Sequence record: OL770074.2
DNA from: Escherichia phage vB_EcoM-RPN187
Direction: 5' to 3' (one strand)
Length of the DNA stretch: 64,000 nt
In this document: piece after piece, positions 19,891-27,933 of the stretch
Layout of the letters: each line of letters starts with the position of its first letter
How positions within the stretch are numbered: position 1 is the first letter of the stretch
Notes under the pieces: generated by a model
Seen by the model: only the letters and a program-made list of their open reading frames with translations
Told to the model about the DNA's origin: nothing
The model's database searches: none
Program-made: the position numbers and the translations under genes

Positions 19891-20418
19891 TTATGCGTGA
19901 ACCGTCTTTAAACGTTCTTCAAATTTCCGAAGAGTACTAATACGTTCTGCTTTCTGTTTTGTATAGTTTGCAATACGTTCTGAAGTGAGAGCGTATCGTT
20001 CATTTACTGTTTCTTTCATGAAGTCAGGGATTTCACGAGAAGCTTTAATTTCATCAAACTTATCGAGTACTGCCTGGTCTTCAGTGATTAAATTTTCGTA
20101 CATCTCGATATCTTTCTTGATGAAGTCGATATCTTCCTGGGTTACTTTGGATAAACGAGATGCTTTATCCTTTTTGTACTGCTCGTTAGTTTCACGAGAC
20201 CAGAATAATGTACGTTTTTTGTTAGTGTTTTTGTAGACTTCCACAATTCCAACTGAATCAATGATAGCAATCCAATTCCAGCGAGATTTGAAAATCTGAC
20301 CTCCGTCCACGGTAATCTCGTTACCATAAGCAACGTCATTAAAGAACTTGCTTTGTGCTTCAGATTTAAATTTACCGTCGTTATAATTTACCAGGTTGAA
20401 AATATCTTTAGCGTTCAT
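19891..20418 (-). CDS. hypothetical protein (175 aa)
   Basis: Coding-strand ORF with own early promoter. Confidence 0.5.
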   Translation of the reverse strand: MNAKDIFNLVNYNDGKFKSEAQSKFFNDVAYGNEITVDGGQIFKSRWNWIAIIDSVGIVEVYKNTNKKRTLFWSRETNEQYKKDKASRLSKVTQEDIDFIKKDIEMYENLITEDQAVLDKFDEIKASREIPDFMKETVNERYALTSERIANYTKQKAERISTLRKFEERLKTVHA

Positions 20419-20445
20419 GTTTTACCTCCAGTAGTTGATAGGTCT

Positions 20446-20474
20446 ATAATAACACAACCATAGACCTTGTAAAC
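20446..20474 (-). promoter_or_regulatory. early promoter GTTTAC-N17-TATTAT inside palindrome GGTCTAT...ATAGACC
   Basis: Minus strand: GTTTACAAGGTCTATGGTTGTGTTATTATAGACC. Confidence 0.55.
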
Positions 20475-20476
20475 AA

Positions 20477-20764
20477 CTAAAAGAAACTTTTTTCGGTATT
20501 TTTTCCACTGAACCAAACAGACTTCGGGACTTTCTGTAATTTTTCAGATTTAAGTTTCTCTTCCTGTTCTTTCTTATATGCATCCTTGTCGTACTGGAAC
20601 AACTCTAGGGCATTCTTTTGTAGACGGTCTAAGGTAATTAAGGCTTTAGTTTTTCCTTTCAAGGAAGAGTCCTGGCGAACCTCCTCGCTATATTGCATCG
20701 TAGAACTAACCATACGATGAGCATACAGTTCGACTGCGGCTTTAATTTTTTGCATAAAATCCAT
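20477..20764 (-). CDS. hypothetical protein (95 aa)
   Basis: ATG preceded by AAGAGGA. Confidence 0.4.
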   Translation of the reverse strand: MDFMQKIKAAVELYAHRMVSSTMQYSEEVRQDSSLKGKTKALITLDRLQKNALELFQYDKDAYKKEQEEKLKSEKLQKVPKSVWFSGKNTEKSFF

Positions 20765-20902
20765 AACATATCCTCTTTGATTTGTACACCATTATTTTTA
20801 AATATTTCTATGCCCTCAGTAGGTTCCTGGTGTCCTTCTTTGAGGTAAGCCATATGATTATTCATCTTTATGGCTTTTGTTACCTCAGAACTTCCTATAA
20901 GC

Positions 20903-21904
20903 TTATTTCAGTAAAGTTACTTCAGAGATTTCTTCCCAACCATCTTTATCAGTTGAAATAAAATCTGCTACATAAAGAGCCGTACGTAATGATACATTGC
21001 GAAGACGAGATACGTTAGCCTTCATCCAGGACAATGCTTTATACGTTTCTGCATCGGTCAGACCACGTTTCTGCATCATGTCAGTAGATAATATTACATC
21101 TTCAACTCGAACCATAATCTCTTCATTAGAGTGTACTCCAAGGTCGAGATACACCGAACGAGATACTAAAGCTTGAAGGTGTGGGGCAAGTTTCGAACCG
21201 CGTTCTAACTCTTTATCGATATCAACGTTTGTAATGAAAACGATAGTACCTTCAAACTCAAATTCTTTATCAATACCCTTATCATCGAGATAAGATGACG
21301 CAGTGCTCCAGCAAACTTTGCGTTTATCTCCAGTATCTAATGCTGCTTTAAGAAGGTTCAAGATGTCCATATCTGAGAATACGTCAACGTCGTCGATTAA
21401 GAGAACGCTGTCTGCATCACGGTTGAGCCAAAGTTGTTCGTAAAGGCCAATACCGGAGATTTTACCATTAATGCTTTTGTATTTGATGAAACCATTATCA
21501 TTAGCGTTATTAAGTGCTTTATCCAGAGAATACGTCTTACCAATACCAGCTGCACCTGAAATAATGAGTGAACGAATTTTGCCATCGATAATGCCATTCG
21601 TCATCATGTTCATTACTTTAAAGCGTTTGTTGATACGAGTTTTCATATCTTCAGTGCTTTCAACAACTGCAACTGGTGATGTCTCAACTCCTTCCATTAC
21701 GATGTCTGATTTGAAGACCCATACTCCACGTTCAGAACCATCAATCATAACGAAAATTTTACCATCACCTAAGTGGGAACATTCAGGATTAAGCTTTGCC
21801 GGGAACCATGTCTTTGTGGCGACATAAGAACCAGAGATTTCGTTATTACGATAGATACCTTTTTTGATTTGAACGTTGAACATTTTATTCTCCAATTTAC
21901 TCAT
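20903..21904 (-). CDS. P-loop NTPase (333 aa)
   Basis: Walker A GAAGIGKT, Walker B VLLIDDVD; about 110-aa N-terminal domain ahead of the ATPase core. Confidence 0.55.
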   Translation of the reverse strand: MSKLENKMFNVQIKKGIYRNNEISGSYVATKTWFPAKLNPECSHLGDGKIFVMIDGSERGVWVFKSDIVMEGVETSPVAVVESTEDMKTRINKRFKVMNMMTNGIIDGKIRSLIISGAAGIGKTYSLDKALNNANDNGFIKYKSINGKISGIGLYEQLWLNRDADSVLLIDDVDVFSDMDILNLLKAALDTGDKRKVCWSTASSYLDDKGIDKEFEFEGTIVFITNVDIDKELERGSKLAPHLQALVSRSVYLDLGVHSNEEIMVRVEDVILSTDMMQKRGLTDAETYKALSWMKANVSRLRNVSLRTALYVADFISTDKDGWEEISEVTLLK

Positions 21905-21921
21905 TTCGTTTCGATAGGTCT

Positions 21922-21950
21922 ATAATAACATGTTTAAAGCAAAAGTAAAC
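21922..21950 (-). promoter_or_regulatory. early promoter GTTTAC-N17-TATTAT
   Basis: Minus strand: TGTTTACTTTTGCTTTAAACATGTTATTATAGACC. Confidence 0.5.
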
Positions 21951-21952
21951 AA

Positions 21953-22171
21953 TTATTTGCGACGAGATTTTTTGGTAAGAGGTTGAAAGAACACTGCTTT
22001 ACCTGCTGGGGTTAAGGTGACTCGTAACGCATTACCGATTCCCAAGGATGCTTTAACTAGACCTTTAGCTTTCAGTTCACCGAATGCTTGACGTTGGTCT
22101 GCATCACGAGTGTTAACCATAAGACCTTTATCACCAGCTTCACGAATCATTTCTAACATTTTGGTTTTCAT
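21953..22171 (-). CDS. hypothetical small basic protein (72 aa)
   Basis: ATG at 22169-22171 preceded by GAGGAGAA; MKTKMLEMIREAGDKGL... Confidence 0.4.
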   Translation of the reverse strand: MKTKMLEMIREAGDKGLMVNTRDADQRQAFGELKAKGLVKASLGIGNALRVTLTPAGKAVFFQPLTKKSRRK

Positions 22172-22199
22172 TTTGTTCTCCTCTTGTTTTGATAGGTCT

Positions 22200-22228
22200 A
22201 TAATAACATATCCTAAAAGCATGTACAC
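22200..22228 (-). promoter_or_regulatory. early promoter (GTGTAC-N17-TATTAT)
   Basis: Minus strand: GTGTACATGCTTTTAGGATATGTTATTATAGACC. Confidence 0.45.
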
Positions 22229-22251
22229 TACTTTTTTAAAAATATTTTAAC

Positions 22252-22280
22252 CCCCTAAAGGGACCCGAAGGTCCCCACAT
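22252..22280 (-). terminator. hairpin GGGACC-cgaa-GGTCCC downstream of the secreted-protein gene
   Basis: Perfect 6-bp GC stem with 4-nt loop immediately after the stop at 22281; weak U tract. Confidence 0.4.
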
Positions 22281-22562
22281 TTACTTATCACACTTAGCAA
22301 CATAATTAGGCATATCACAGAATACGGAGCGAGTAACTACTCGGCCCTTTGACCATGCTTCAGTTGCTTGTCCGGCTGTGCTATTGATATAGCTTGATCT
22401 AATGTTCTCAATACCCTGAGAATGTGATGCATTTACCGAACCATTAGAAGACCCAGAAGACTGGTTACCACCAGCTCCTGCGCTACCGCTGGCTGCACCC
22501 GTGGTAGCACCGACAGAGAATGCCATCATTACTGCGAATAAACCAATTACTAATTTTTTCAT
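22281..22562 (-). CDS. hypothetical secreted protein (93 aa)
   Basis: N-terminal signal-peptide-like MKKLVIGLFAVMMAFSVGA, then a Gly/Ser/Ala-rich linker and a C-terminal Cys pair. Confidence 0.45.
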   Translation of the reverse strand: MKKLVIGLFAVMMAFSVGATTGAASGSAGAGGNQSSGSSNGSVNASHSQGIENIRSSYINSTAGQATEAWSKGRVVTRSVFCDMPNYVAKCDK

Positions 22563-22593
22563 ATTTACCTCAAGTTAATGGTTATTTATCTAC

Positions 22594-23583
22594 TTATTTA
22601 TAGTAAGAATTATGATTTTCGAGATAGACTTGTTCAAGGAAGTCATCCCAGAAACTCATATCTACTTTTTGTCGCATACCGTTCTTGGCAGCTTGTTCTG
22701 ACGCATGTTCAACTTGGTCAACGATATCTTCTAGGAATTCTTGTACAGTTTTAAACGTATGTTTACCAAGCTTAACATCGAGAATAAATGGAGCATCCTG
22801 AAGTGGGTAAACCAGGTCGCCGGTTTTATAAATTTCTAATAGTTGAAGTCCACCACGACATGCATGACTCAATGCTTTCCAGTCAATACCTTCGTTAGCT
22901 TCTGCCTTACGAGCACGTTCACCATAGTTCTCTTCCAGTTTAACCAGGATGGCATTGAACTCTTTATTGGTTAATGTGTCTTGGAATTTACGGTCTAACA
23001 GATTATAGAATGTTTGCTTACCTGTTTTCTCGTTTTCAGTTTCAACCCACGAAGCAAATTCACCTACAGGCAGAACATTCTTCATATGTGATAAACGAAT
23101 TACTGCACCATTATCAAAGTATTGTCCCCATTCATTAGAACGTTTAAGGGCTTGACGAAGAACAGCCAGTCGAGAACCCTTGACACCGTATTTAGAAGCT
23201 TGCTTACGGACATACCCTAAATAAGATTTCATGTTAGTGGTATAGAAACGAGACCTGTTATCTTGAATATACTTCCATACATCAGGCAAATCAGATTTAA
23301 CTACTAAACTTGGTGGAGTGTGAAGCATATCTAATGCGACGGTTTCACCATCCGCCGCTAATTTAAAGAAATATTTGAGACTATACAACTCATGGTCCAC
23401 GTCGTCTTTTGTGTTCTTAGAAGATGTGTTATTCGTGTTCTTGCTCATGTGTTCTTTAACGTTACCTGTCAAGATGTCACGAGCATGAGGGACATAAATT
23501 TCTTTAAAATCGACGTCAGATTCAGGAGTAGACGTTCCGTAAAGGTGGCTACCAAAGTAGCCTTTCATAATTGTTTTCATCAT
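22594..23583 (-). CDS. nucleotidyltransferase-fold protein (329 aa), function unknown
   Basis: GSHLYGTSTPESDVDF (G-S-x10-D-x-D) and downstream VALDMLH fit the polymerase-beta-type minimal NTase signature; helical C-terminal half. Confidence 0.5.
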   Translation of the reverse strand: MMKTIMKGYFGSHLYGTSTPESDVDFKEIYVPHARDILTGNVKEHMSKNTNNTSSKNTKDDVDHELYSLKYFFKLAADGETVALDMLHTPPSLVVKSDLPDVWKYIQDNRSRFYTTNMKSYLGYVRKQASKYGVKGSRLAVLRQALKRSNEWGQYFDNGAVIRLSHMKNVLPVGEFASWVETENEKTGKQTFYNLLDRKFQDTLTNKEFNAILVKLEENYGERARKAEANEGIDWKALSHACRGGLQLLEIYKTGDLVYPLQDAPFILDVKLGKHTFKTVQEFLEDIVDQVEHASEQAAKNGMRQKVDMSFWDDFLEQVYLENHNSYYK

Positions 23584-24053
23584 TTAGCCTTATATTCAAG
23601 AGTAGGACAGATTTTTTCTTTACGAGCTTTAAGGTATTCACCTATTAATGATTTCTTACGTTCAATAGGTTCAAGTCCGTTTTTAATTCGTTCTTGGTTT
23701 TGCGCAATGAGCTCAATTTCTTTATAATATTTTCTGTCGTTATATTTGTCTAACAACCAAGACGGACCAATTACCAACCCGGTAGCAATAAAAGCCATGA
23801 CTGCTACCATTAAAATGCCTACACCAATTGAGGCCGGAACTAATGTCCATAGACTGCTAAAAACAAAGAATCTAGTTAAAATTTCCTGGCCAATGATTAC
23901 GACTGCTGCTAAAATAGCAAATCCGATAATTGAAACAGACAATACCGGGATTAACGTTTTCCAAAAATAAGCACACAACGTTTTCGGGCGATTCCATGTA
24001 CTATTGAACGCGGCATAAATTTTAAAGTGCCAAGAGTTTTCATTAATAATCAT
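23580..24053 (-). CDS. hypothetical membrane protein (157 aa)
   Basis: Three hydrophobic helices; basic C-terminal tail; 4-nt overlap with the NTase-like ORF. Confidence 0.45.
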   Translation of the reverse strand: MIINENSWHFKIYAAFNSTWNRPKTLCAYFWKTLIPVLSVSIIGFAILAAVVIIGQEILTRFFVFSSLWTLVPASIGVGILMVAVMAFIATGLVIGPSWLLDKYNDRKYYKEIELIAQNQERIKNGLEPIERKKSLIGEYLKARKEKICPTLEYKAK

Positions 24054-24062
24054 AATAATTCC

Positions 24063-24593
24063 TTATTTCAAAGTCGGGATAATAGAATCAAGATAAGCTT
24101 TAAGAGCAACTGCTTCATCTTTGTCTAATGTAATGATATGTTGACGAAGGTCATCAATTTGACGAATAACTACGACATCACCATCTTCATACGAAGGATT
24201 AACGCCTAAGACCGTTGTAGAGTCAGGGTTGGCCGGATTTGTAATAAAAGCATTACGGCATTTAGCCCATTGAAGTTTGGCCTTTTTGGCTGTTTCAGAT
24301 TCCACGAATTCTTTCACCTTAGTGACGAATGTTTTCCAATTATTAATAGAAAAACATTCGTCTTCAGTTTCGATATTAACCCCACTATAAAGTCCATGAT
24401 AAAAACGAACTTGAAGGTCTTCATTAATGTTAATTACAGATGCATGACCCGGTGGATTGAGTTTCAAAATCTTGTCCAGTTCCATAGGAAGAATAGTAGC
24501 AGCATCATCTTCTTGTGTCAGAACATACACATAACCACGTTTTTCGATACATAAATCACCAAACAACTCGGTTGTTTCAATTACAGTTTTCAT
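24063..24593 (-). CDS. hypothetical protein (about 176 aa)
   Basis: ATG at 24591-24593 (MKTVIETTELFGDL...); the track start is an upstream non-ATG codon. Confidence 0.45.
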   Translation of the reverse strand: MKTVIETTELFGDLCIEKRGYVYVLTQEDDAATILPMELDKILKLNPPGHASVININEDLQVRFYHGLYSGVNIETEDECFSINNWKTFVTKVKEFVESETAKKAKLQWAKCRNAFITNPANPDSTTVLGVNPSYEDGDVVVIRQIDDLRQHIITLDKDEAVALKAYLDSIIPTLK

Positions 24594-24594
24594 A

Positions 24595-24774
24595 TTATTC
24601 ACCAATTAAAGTTTCAACAAAATTCACCAAAGCATTCTGACAAGCATCAACCTGATTTTCATAAAAGCCTACATTATCATTTACCGCATGATAAGCTACA
24701 TCATTCAAATCTGAATCAGCTTCGCGCAAGTCACGAATAAGGTCCATCAATTTATTAGCTTGTTCACGGGTCAT
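24595..24774 (-). CDS. hypothetical small protein (59 aa, below the track cutoff)
   Basis: MTREQANKLMDLIRDLREADSDLNDVAYHAVNDNVGFYENQVDACQNALVNFVETLIGE; its stop TAA abuts the next ATG. Confidence 0.25.
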   Translation of the reverse strand: MTREQANKLMDLIRDLREADSDLNDVAYHAVNDNVGFYENQVDACQNALVNFVETLIGE

Positions 24775-24909
24775 TTTACCATACTCGTTTCAATAAGATT
24801 CACTATGCCGTTTACCATGTTATAAGTAAACATCGGATAATTGTATTGTACTACAACATAAGCGATAAGCAAAAGTTTCATTTTGTTCTCCATTTGTTTT
24901 GGTAGGACT

Positions 24910-24939
24910 ACTATAACATAGTCCTACCAAGACGTAAAC
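24910..24939 (-). promoter_or_regulatory. early promoter GTTTAC-N17-TTATAGT with hairpin GGTAGGAC/GTCCTACC
   Basis: Minus strand: GTTTACGTCTTGGTAGGACTATGTTATAGTAGTCCTACC. Confidence 0.5.
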
Positions 24940-25229
24940 TACCGATTATGTTTTAAAATACTATAAAGAGCTTCTACTTGGCTTGCATCCAGGTAAATAA
25001 CATCATCATCTTGCTCAATGGAAATTCCGCCAGTATTACCTTCAACGAAATTACATTCGCATACTTCAACGGTGCGATATACATCACCAACTGGATGCCC
25101 AGGCTCCAGAACAATCACACCATCTTCAGAACAACCGCTTGGGTCATATAACATTACAGTTTCCTCGCTAACCATGAAAAGAATAAACCAATTAAAACAG
25201 GTCCTACAGCCATTGTTAACCAAGCCCAA
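24939..25229 (-). CDS. hypothetical small protein (71-96 aa depending on start)
   Basis: Two candidate starts, both with an SD; C-terminal part MLYDPSGCSEDGVIVLEPGHP is paralogous to the next ORF. Confidence 0.35.
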   Translation of the reverse strand: MGLVNNGCRTCFNWFILFMVSEETVMLYDPSGCSEDGVIVLEPGHPVGDVYRTVEVCECNFVEGNTGGISIEQDDDVIYLDASQVEALYSILKHNR

Positions 25230-25245
25230 GGTTCAAGATAATAAA

Positions 25246-25410
25246 TCATCTCATGCTCCTGTGCCAACAGTTTCTTGGTTCACGTTTAAAAATTTCATCA
25301 TGCATTGATTGACAACCAACACAATATATCACCACCATATCATCTTCAGCGCTTTCAGGTAAAAGTTCAAGTACACCGTCTTCAGATTTTCCAGTATAAT
25401 CGTAAAGCAT
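25246..25410 (-). CDS. hypothetical small protein (54 aa), paralogue of the previous ORF
   Basis: MLYDYTGKSEDGVLELLPE... shares the N-terminal motif with 24939-25154. Confidence 0.35.
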   Translation of the reverse strand: MLYDYTGKSEDGVLELLPESAEDDMVVIYCVGCQSMHDEIFKREPRNCWHRSMR

Positions 25411-25417
25411 AATATCC

Positions 25418-25597
25418 TCACATAATCTCGTTAACATACATTTGCAATTCGGTGTGGGCTTCGGCCATCTTTTTCATAGCTCTGTTAATGTCGATGTCTC
25501 CATCTTCGCAACCATGAGCATTTTCCCAATCAGATACAGCATTAGCGTACTCTTCAATCAAAAACATTAACTTAGAAATTTTTTCTTTACGTGACAT
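25418..25597 (-). CDS. hypothetical small protein (59 aa)
   Basis: ATG preceded by GAGGAGAA; MSRKEKISKLMFLIEEYANAV... Confidence 0.35.
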   Translation of the reverse strand: MSRKEKISKLMFLIEEYANAVSDWENAHGCEDGDIDINRAMKKMAEAHTELQMYVNEIM

Positions 25598-25624
25598 AAC
25601 GTTCTCCTCTAGTAAGTAAAGACT

Positions 25625-25653
25625 ACTATAACACAACCTGAGGAGAAGTAAAC
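25625..25653 (-). promoter_or_regulatory. early promoter GTTTAC-N17-TATAGT
   Basis: Minus strand: GTTTACTTCTCCTCAGGTTGTGTTATAGTAGTC. Confidence 0.5.
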
Positions 25654-25663
25654 TGCTAAATGC

Positions 25664-25692
25664 AAAAAAGCCCCAACCGTAAGGAAGGGGCT
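25664..25692 (-). terminator. rho-independent terminator (GCCCC...GGGGC plus U6), copy 1
   Basis: Minus strand: GCCCCTTCCTTACGGTTGGGGCTTTTTT just after the rI stop; same element at 41024-41052, variant at 41570-41598. Confidence 0.6.
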
Positions 25693-25698
25693 AGTAAA

Positions 25699-26001
25699 TT
25701 AGATAGATGTAGGCTCTAATTTTATTTTCATGAACTCGGCAAATTGTCTGGCAGTTTTTATGCCTTGTTCATGACATTCAAATGCATCATCACAGGGGCT
25801 ATTTTTGTAATGCTTTACCATATACTTATAGAATTTTTCAGAATTCTCAACATTTTGAATTTCAAACAAAGTATATACGTTTTTAATCCCTGATTCCATA
25901 AAGTTATCAAAATATGGGTCGGTATACGCAGTACCAACGTTAGGAGTTGTTGCTGCAAAAAACCCCAGCATCGCCATTACAGCTATCGCTCTTAAGGCCA
26001 T
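25699..26001 (-). CDS. rI: lysis-inhibition antiholin RI
   Basis: Signal-anchor N-terminus then DPYFDNFMESGIKNVYTLFE...FYKYM...YKNSPC...FEC..., matching the pattern of recalled T4 RI; next to tk as in T4. Confidence 0.7.
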   Translation of the reverse strand: MALRAIAVMAMLGFFAATTPNVGTAYTDPYFDNFMESGIKNVYTLFEIQNVENSEKFYKYMVKHYKNSPCDDAFECHEQGIKTARQFAEFMKIKLEPTSI

Positions 26002-26013
26002 ATAGGCCTCCTG

Positions 26014-26226
26014 TTAATTTTGGCCAGTATTTATTTTTCGCCTTTGGACGGCCTTAACATCTGTGAGGTATTTTTCCAGCTTGCGCTTGCGTGTATAATC
26101 AGCTTTAGAACCGGTTTGACGGATATCCTCGTTTAAATGAGAAATAGAATGTCCTAATTCTCTTCGGATTTCATCCAATTGGGTTACAGTAAGATTACGA
26201 AGTTGTCTTTCGTTTAATTGCTGCAT
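26014..26226 (-). CDS. hypothetical protein (70 aa), rI.1 position
   Basis: Small basic ORF between tk and rI. Confidence 0.35.
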   Translation of the reverse strand: MQQLNERQLRNLTVTQLDEIRRELGHSISHLNEDIRQTGSKADYTRKRKLEKYLTDVKAVQRRKINTGQN

Positions 26227-26253
26227 ATATACCTCTTGGTTAGATATTAGTAT

Positions 26254-26835
26254 TTATAACAACCCTGTCAAATCATTCCAATGCTTCCGGCATAATGACA
26301 CATATCTATCAGTATCACCAATTTCAATTTGACTGCCATCTGTAATTGGAAGTCCGTCTTCCGTGACTCTAGCTACCATTGTGGCCTTTTTACCGCAATG
26401 ACAGACACCTTTAAGTTCAACAAGCTTATCGGCAATAGCCATTAATGCTTGAGAACCTTCAAATAGATTACCTTTAAAATCTGTTCGTAGTCCATATGCC
26501 ATTACCGGCACATTGTATACGTCAACAATACGACTAAGTTGATACACCTTTTCAGTAGTTAAGAACTGAGCTTCGTCAACAAATACACAATGAATATCCT
26601 TTTGTGCTGCGGCCCATTTATAGAATTCAAAGATATCCATGTCTTTTGTAATTATATTGGCGTCCTGACGAATACCAATACGAGAGACTATTTCACCTTT
26701 TGAATCGCGAGTATCAATAGCCGGTTTAAGAACTAATACACCCATGCCACGTTCTTTATAGTTATGTGCGGCAGTAAGTAATGAAGCAGACTTACCAGCG
26801 TTCATAGCGGCATATGTAAAAATTAAACTAGCCAT
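26254..26835 (-). CDS. tk: thymidine kinase
   Basis: 193 aa; P-loop AAMNAGKSASLL; C-terminal Zn cysteines CHCGKKA...CRKH. Confidence 0.9.
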   Translation of the reverse strand: MASLIFTYAAMNAGKSASLLTAAHNYKERGMGVLVLKPAIDTRDSKGEIVSRIGIRQDANIITKDMDIFEFYKWAAAQKDIHCVFVDEAQFLTTEKVYQLSRIVDVYNVPVMAYGLRTDFKGNLFEGSQALMAIADKLVELKGVCHCGKKATMVARVTEDGLPITDGSQIEIGDTDRYVSLCRKHWNDLTGLL

Positions 26836-26844
26836 AAGAGTCCC

Positions 26845-27027
26845 TTATAGTGAATTCACGTAGTCAATGAGTTCTTGTTCTTTCCTATCAAATGATTCCA
26901 ACAATGCTTGATATTCTTCATCTGTTAAAGGAGCATATTCATCGTACGCATTGGTGGCTGCTTGCTCATCCAATAGGTCATGGATAAGATCAAACAGTTT
27001 AGCTTTCTCTTCTTTAGTTAATTTCAT
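26845..27027 (-). CDS. hypothetical acidic protein (60 aa)
   Basis: Coding-strand ORF with 4-nt overlap. Confidence 0.3.
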   Translation of the reverse strand: MKLTKEEKAKLFDLIHDLLDEQAATNAYDEYAPLTDEEYQALLESFDRKEQELIDYVNSL

Positions 27028-27230
27028 TTAGGTTCACCTTCTTTAACGAAATCTGGGTAAGGGTAAAATCCTGAGTAAAACCCTTCACCTTTATGATTGC
27101 TACAACCTTTGTTCGAACAGTAACACCAATAATCAAAATCACAAGCCATTTCGTCATTGCATAAAGCAAAAACTACAGGCCATTCGCATTTTTCGCATTT
27201 AGCACCTGTAAGAATTTTTGTTTGACTCAT
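27024..27230 (-). CDS. hypothetical cysteine-rich protein (about 68 aa)
   Basis: Ten Cys in 68 aa (CEKCEW...CNDEMACDFDYWCYCSNKGCSNH). Confidence 0.35.
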   Translation of the reverse strand: MSQTKILTGAKCEKCEWPVVFALCNDEMACDFDYWCYCSNKGCSNHKGEGFYSGFYPYPDFVKEGEPK

Positions 27231-27439
27231 AGCCATGTCACCTTTAAGCAATATTCTTCTACATGTTGTTTACGACCTTTCTTATCAATAAAGGTATATT
27301 CAACGAATGTTCCGATGTAGTCTTTATCTACATCATGTGGACTATTAATTGGACATTTGGTACGACAAATGCGTTCCCATTGACGAATAATTACTGCCTT
27401 ATTCTTTGGGTCATACGGATGTGGATAATGTATATTCAT
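27227..27439 (-). CDS. hypothetical protein (about 70 aa)
   Basis: Coding-strand ORF; likely start MNIHYPHPYD. Confidence 0.35.
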   Translation of the reverse strand: MNIHYPHPYDPKNKAVIIRQWERICRTKCPINSPHDVDKDYIGTFVEYTFIDKKGRKQHVEEYCLKVTWL

Positions 27440-27933
27440 AATAATGGTTCCCAATCAACAATCACAATTTCTAGTTTAGTGGAATACGTATCTAAAATCT
27501 CTTCGATGACATCCCAGTTTCCACCACCGATACCTGCACCAATTCTTGGCATGTAAATTACAGGCTTTGTTATCTTATTCTTTCCGAATTCATTTAATTC
27601 TATTATACAATTCATTAAAGCAAAGTACTCAAAATTAGGTCCAGGCTCAAACTGCGTATAAAGATTAAAGCAATAAGCTTTATGTGTCTTAAAATATTTT
27701 TCATAAACTGAATAAGTCCCGAGTTTAGACTCGTCTCCGAATTCAGTTTGAAGTTTATCGGCTTCTAGAATTTTTGGATAAGCCTTTGCTAATTGTCCTG
27801 CCACACCAGCGCCCATTGTATGAAAACAATTACACCCATGAGCAATATTATTACCTTTAGAAAACAGGGCGACAATATCGCCCTTGATATAGTTTTTAAT
27901 CACTTGCTGCAAGTCCTCTAGTATAAGAGTCAA
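27436..27933 (-). CDS. macrodomain-like protein (165 aa)
   Basis: NIAHGCNCFHTMGAGVAGQL and PRIGAGIGGG resemble the two glycine-rich ADP-ribose-binding loops of macrodomains; size fits a single macro fold. Confidence 0.5.
   Translation of the reverse strand: MTLILEDLQQVIKNYIKGDIVALFSKGNNIAHGCNCFHTMGAGVAGQLAKAYPKILEADKLQTEFGDESKLGTYSVYEKYFKTHKAYCFNLYTQFEPGPNFEYFALMNCIIELNEFGKNKITKPVIYMPRIGAGIGGGNWDVIEEILDTYSTKLEIVIVDWEPLL

Noticed and set aside
20659-20865. Track ORF 20659-20865 (68 aa) overlapping the start of 20477-20764
   Set aside because: The downstream ORF has a clear ribosome-binding site and ATG; the overlapping frame has neither and is probably an upstream open frame.
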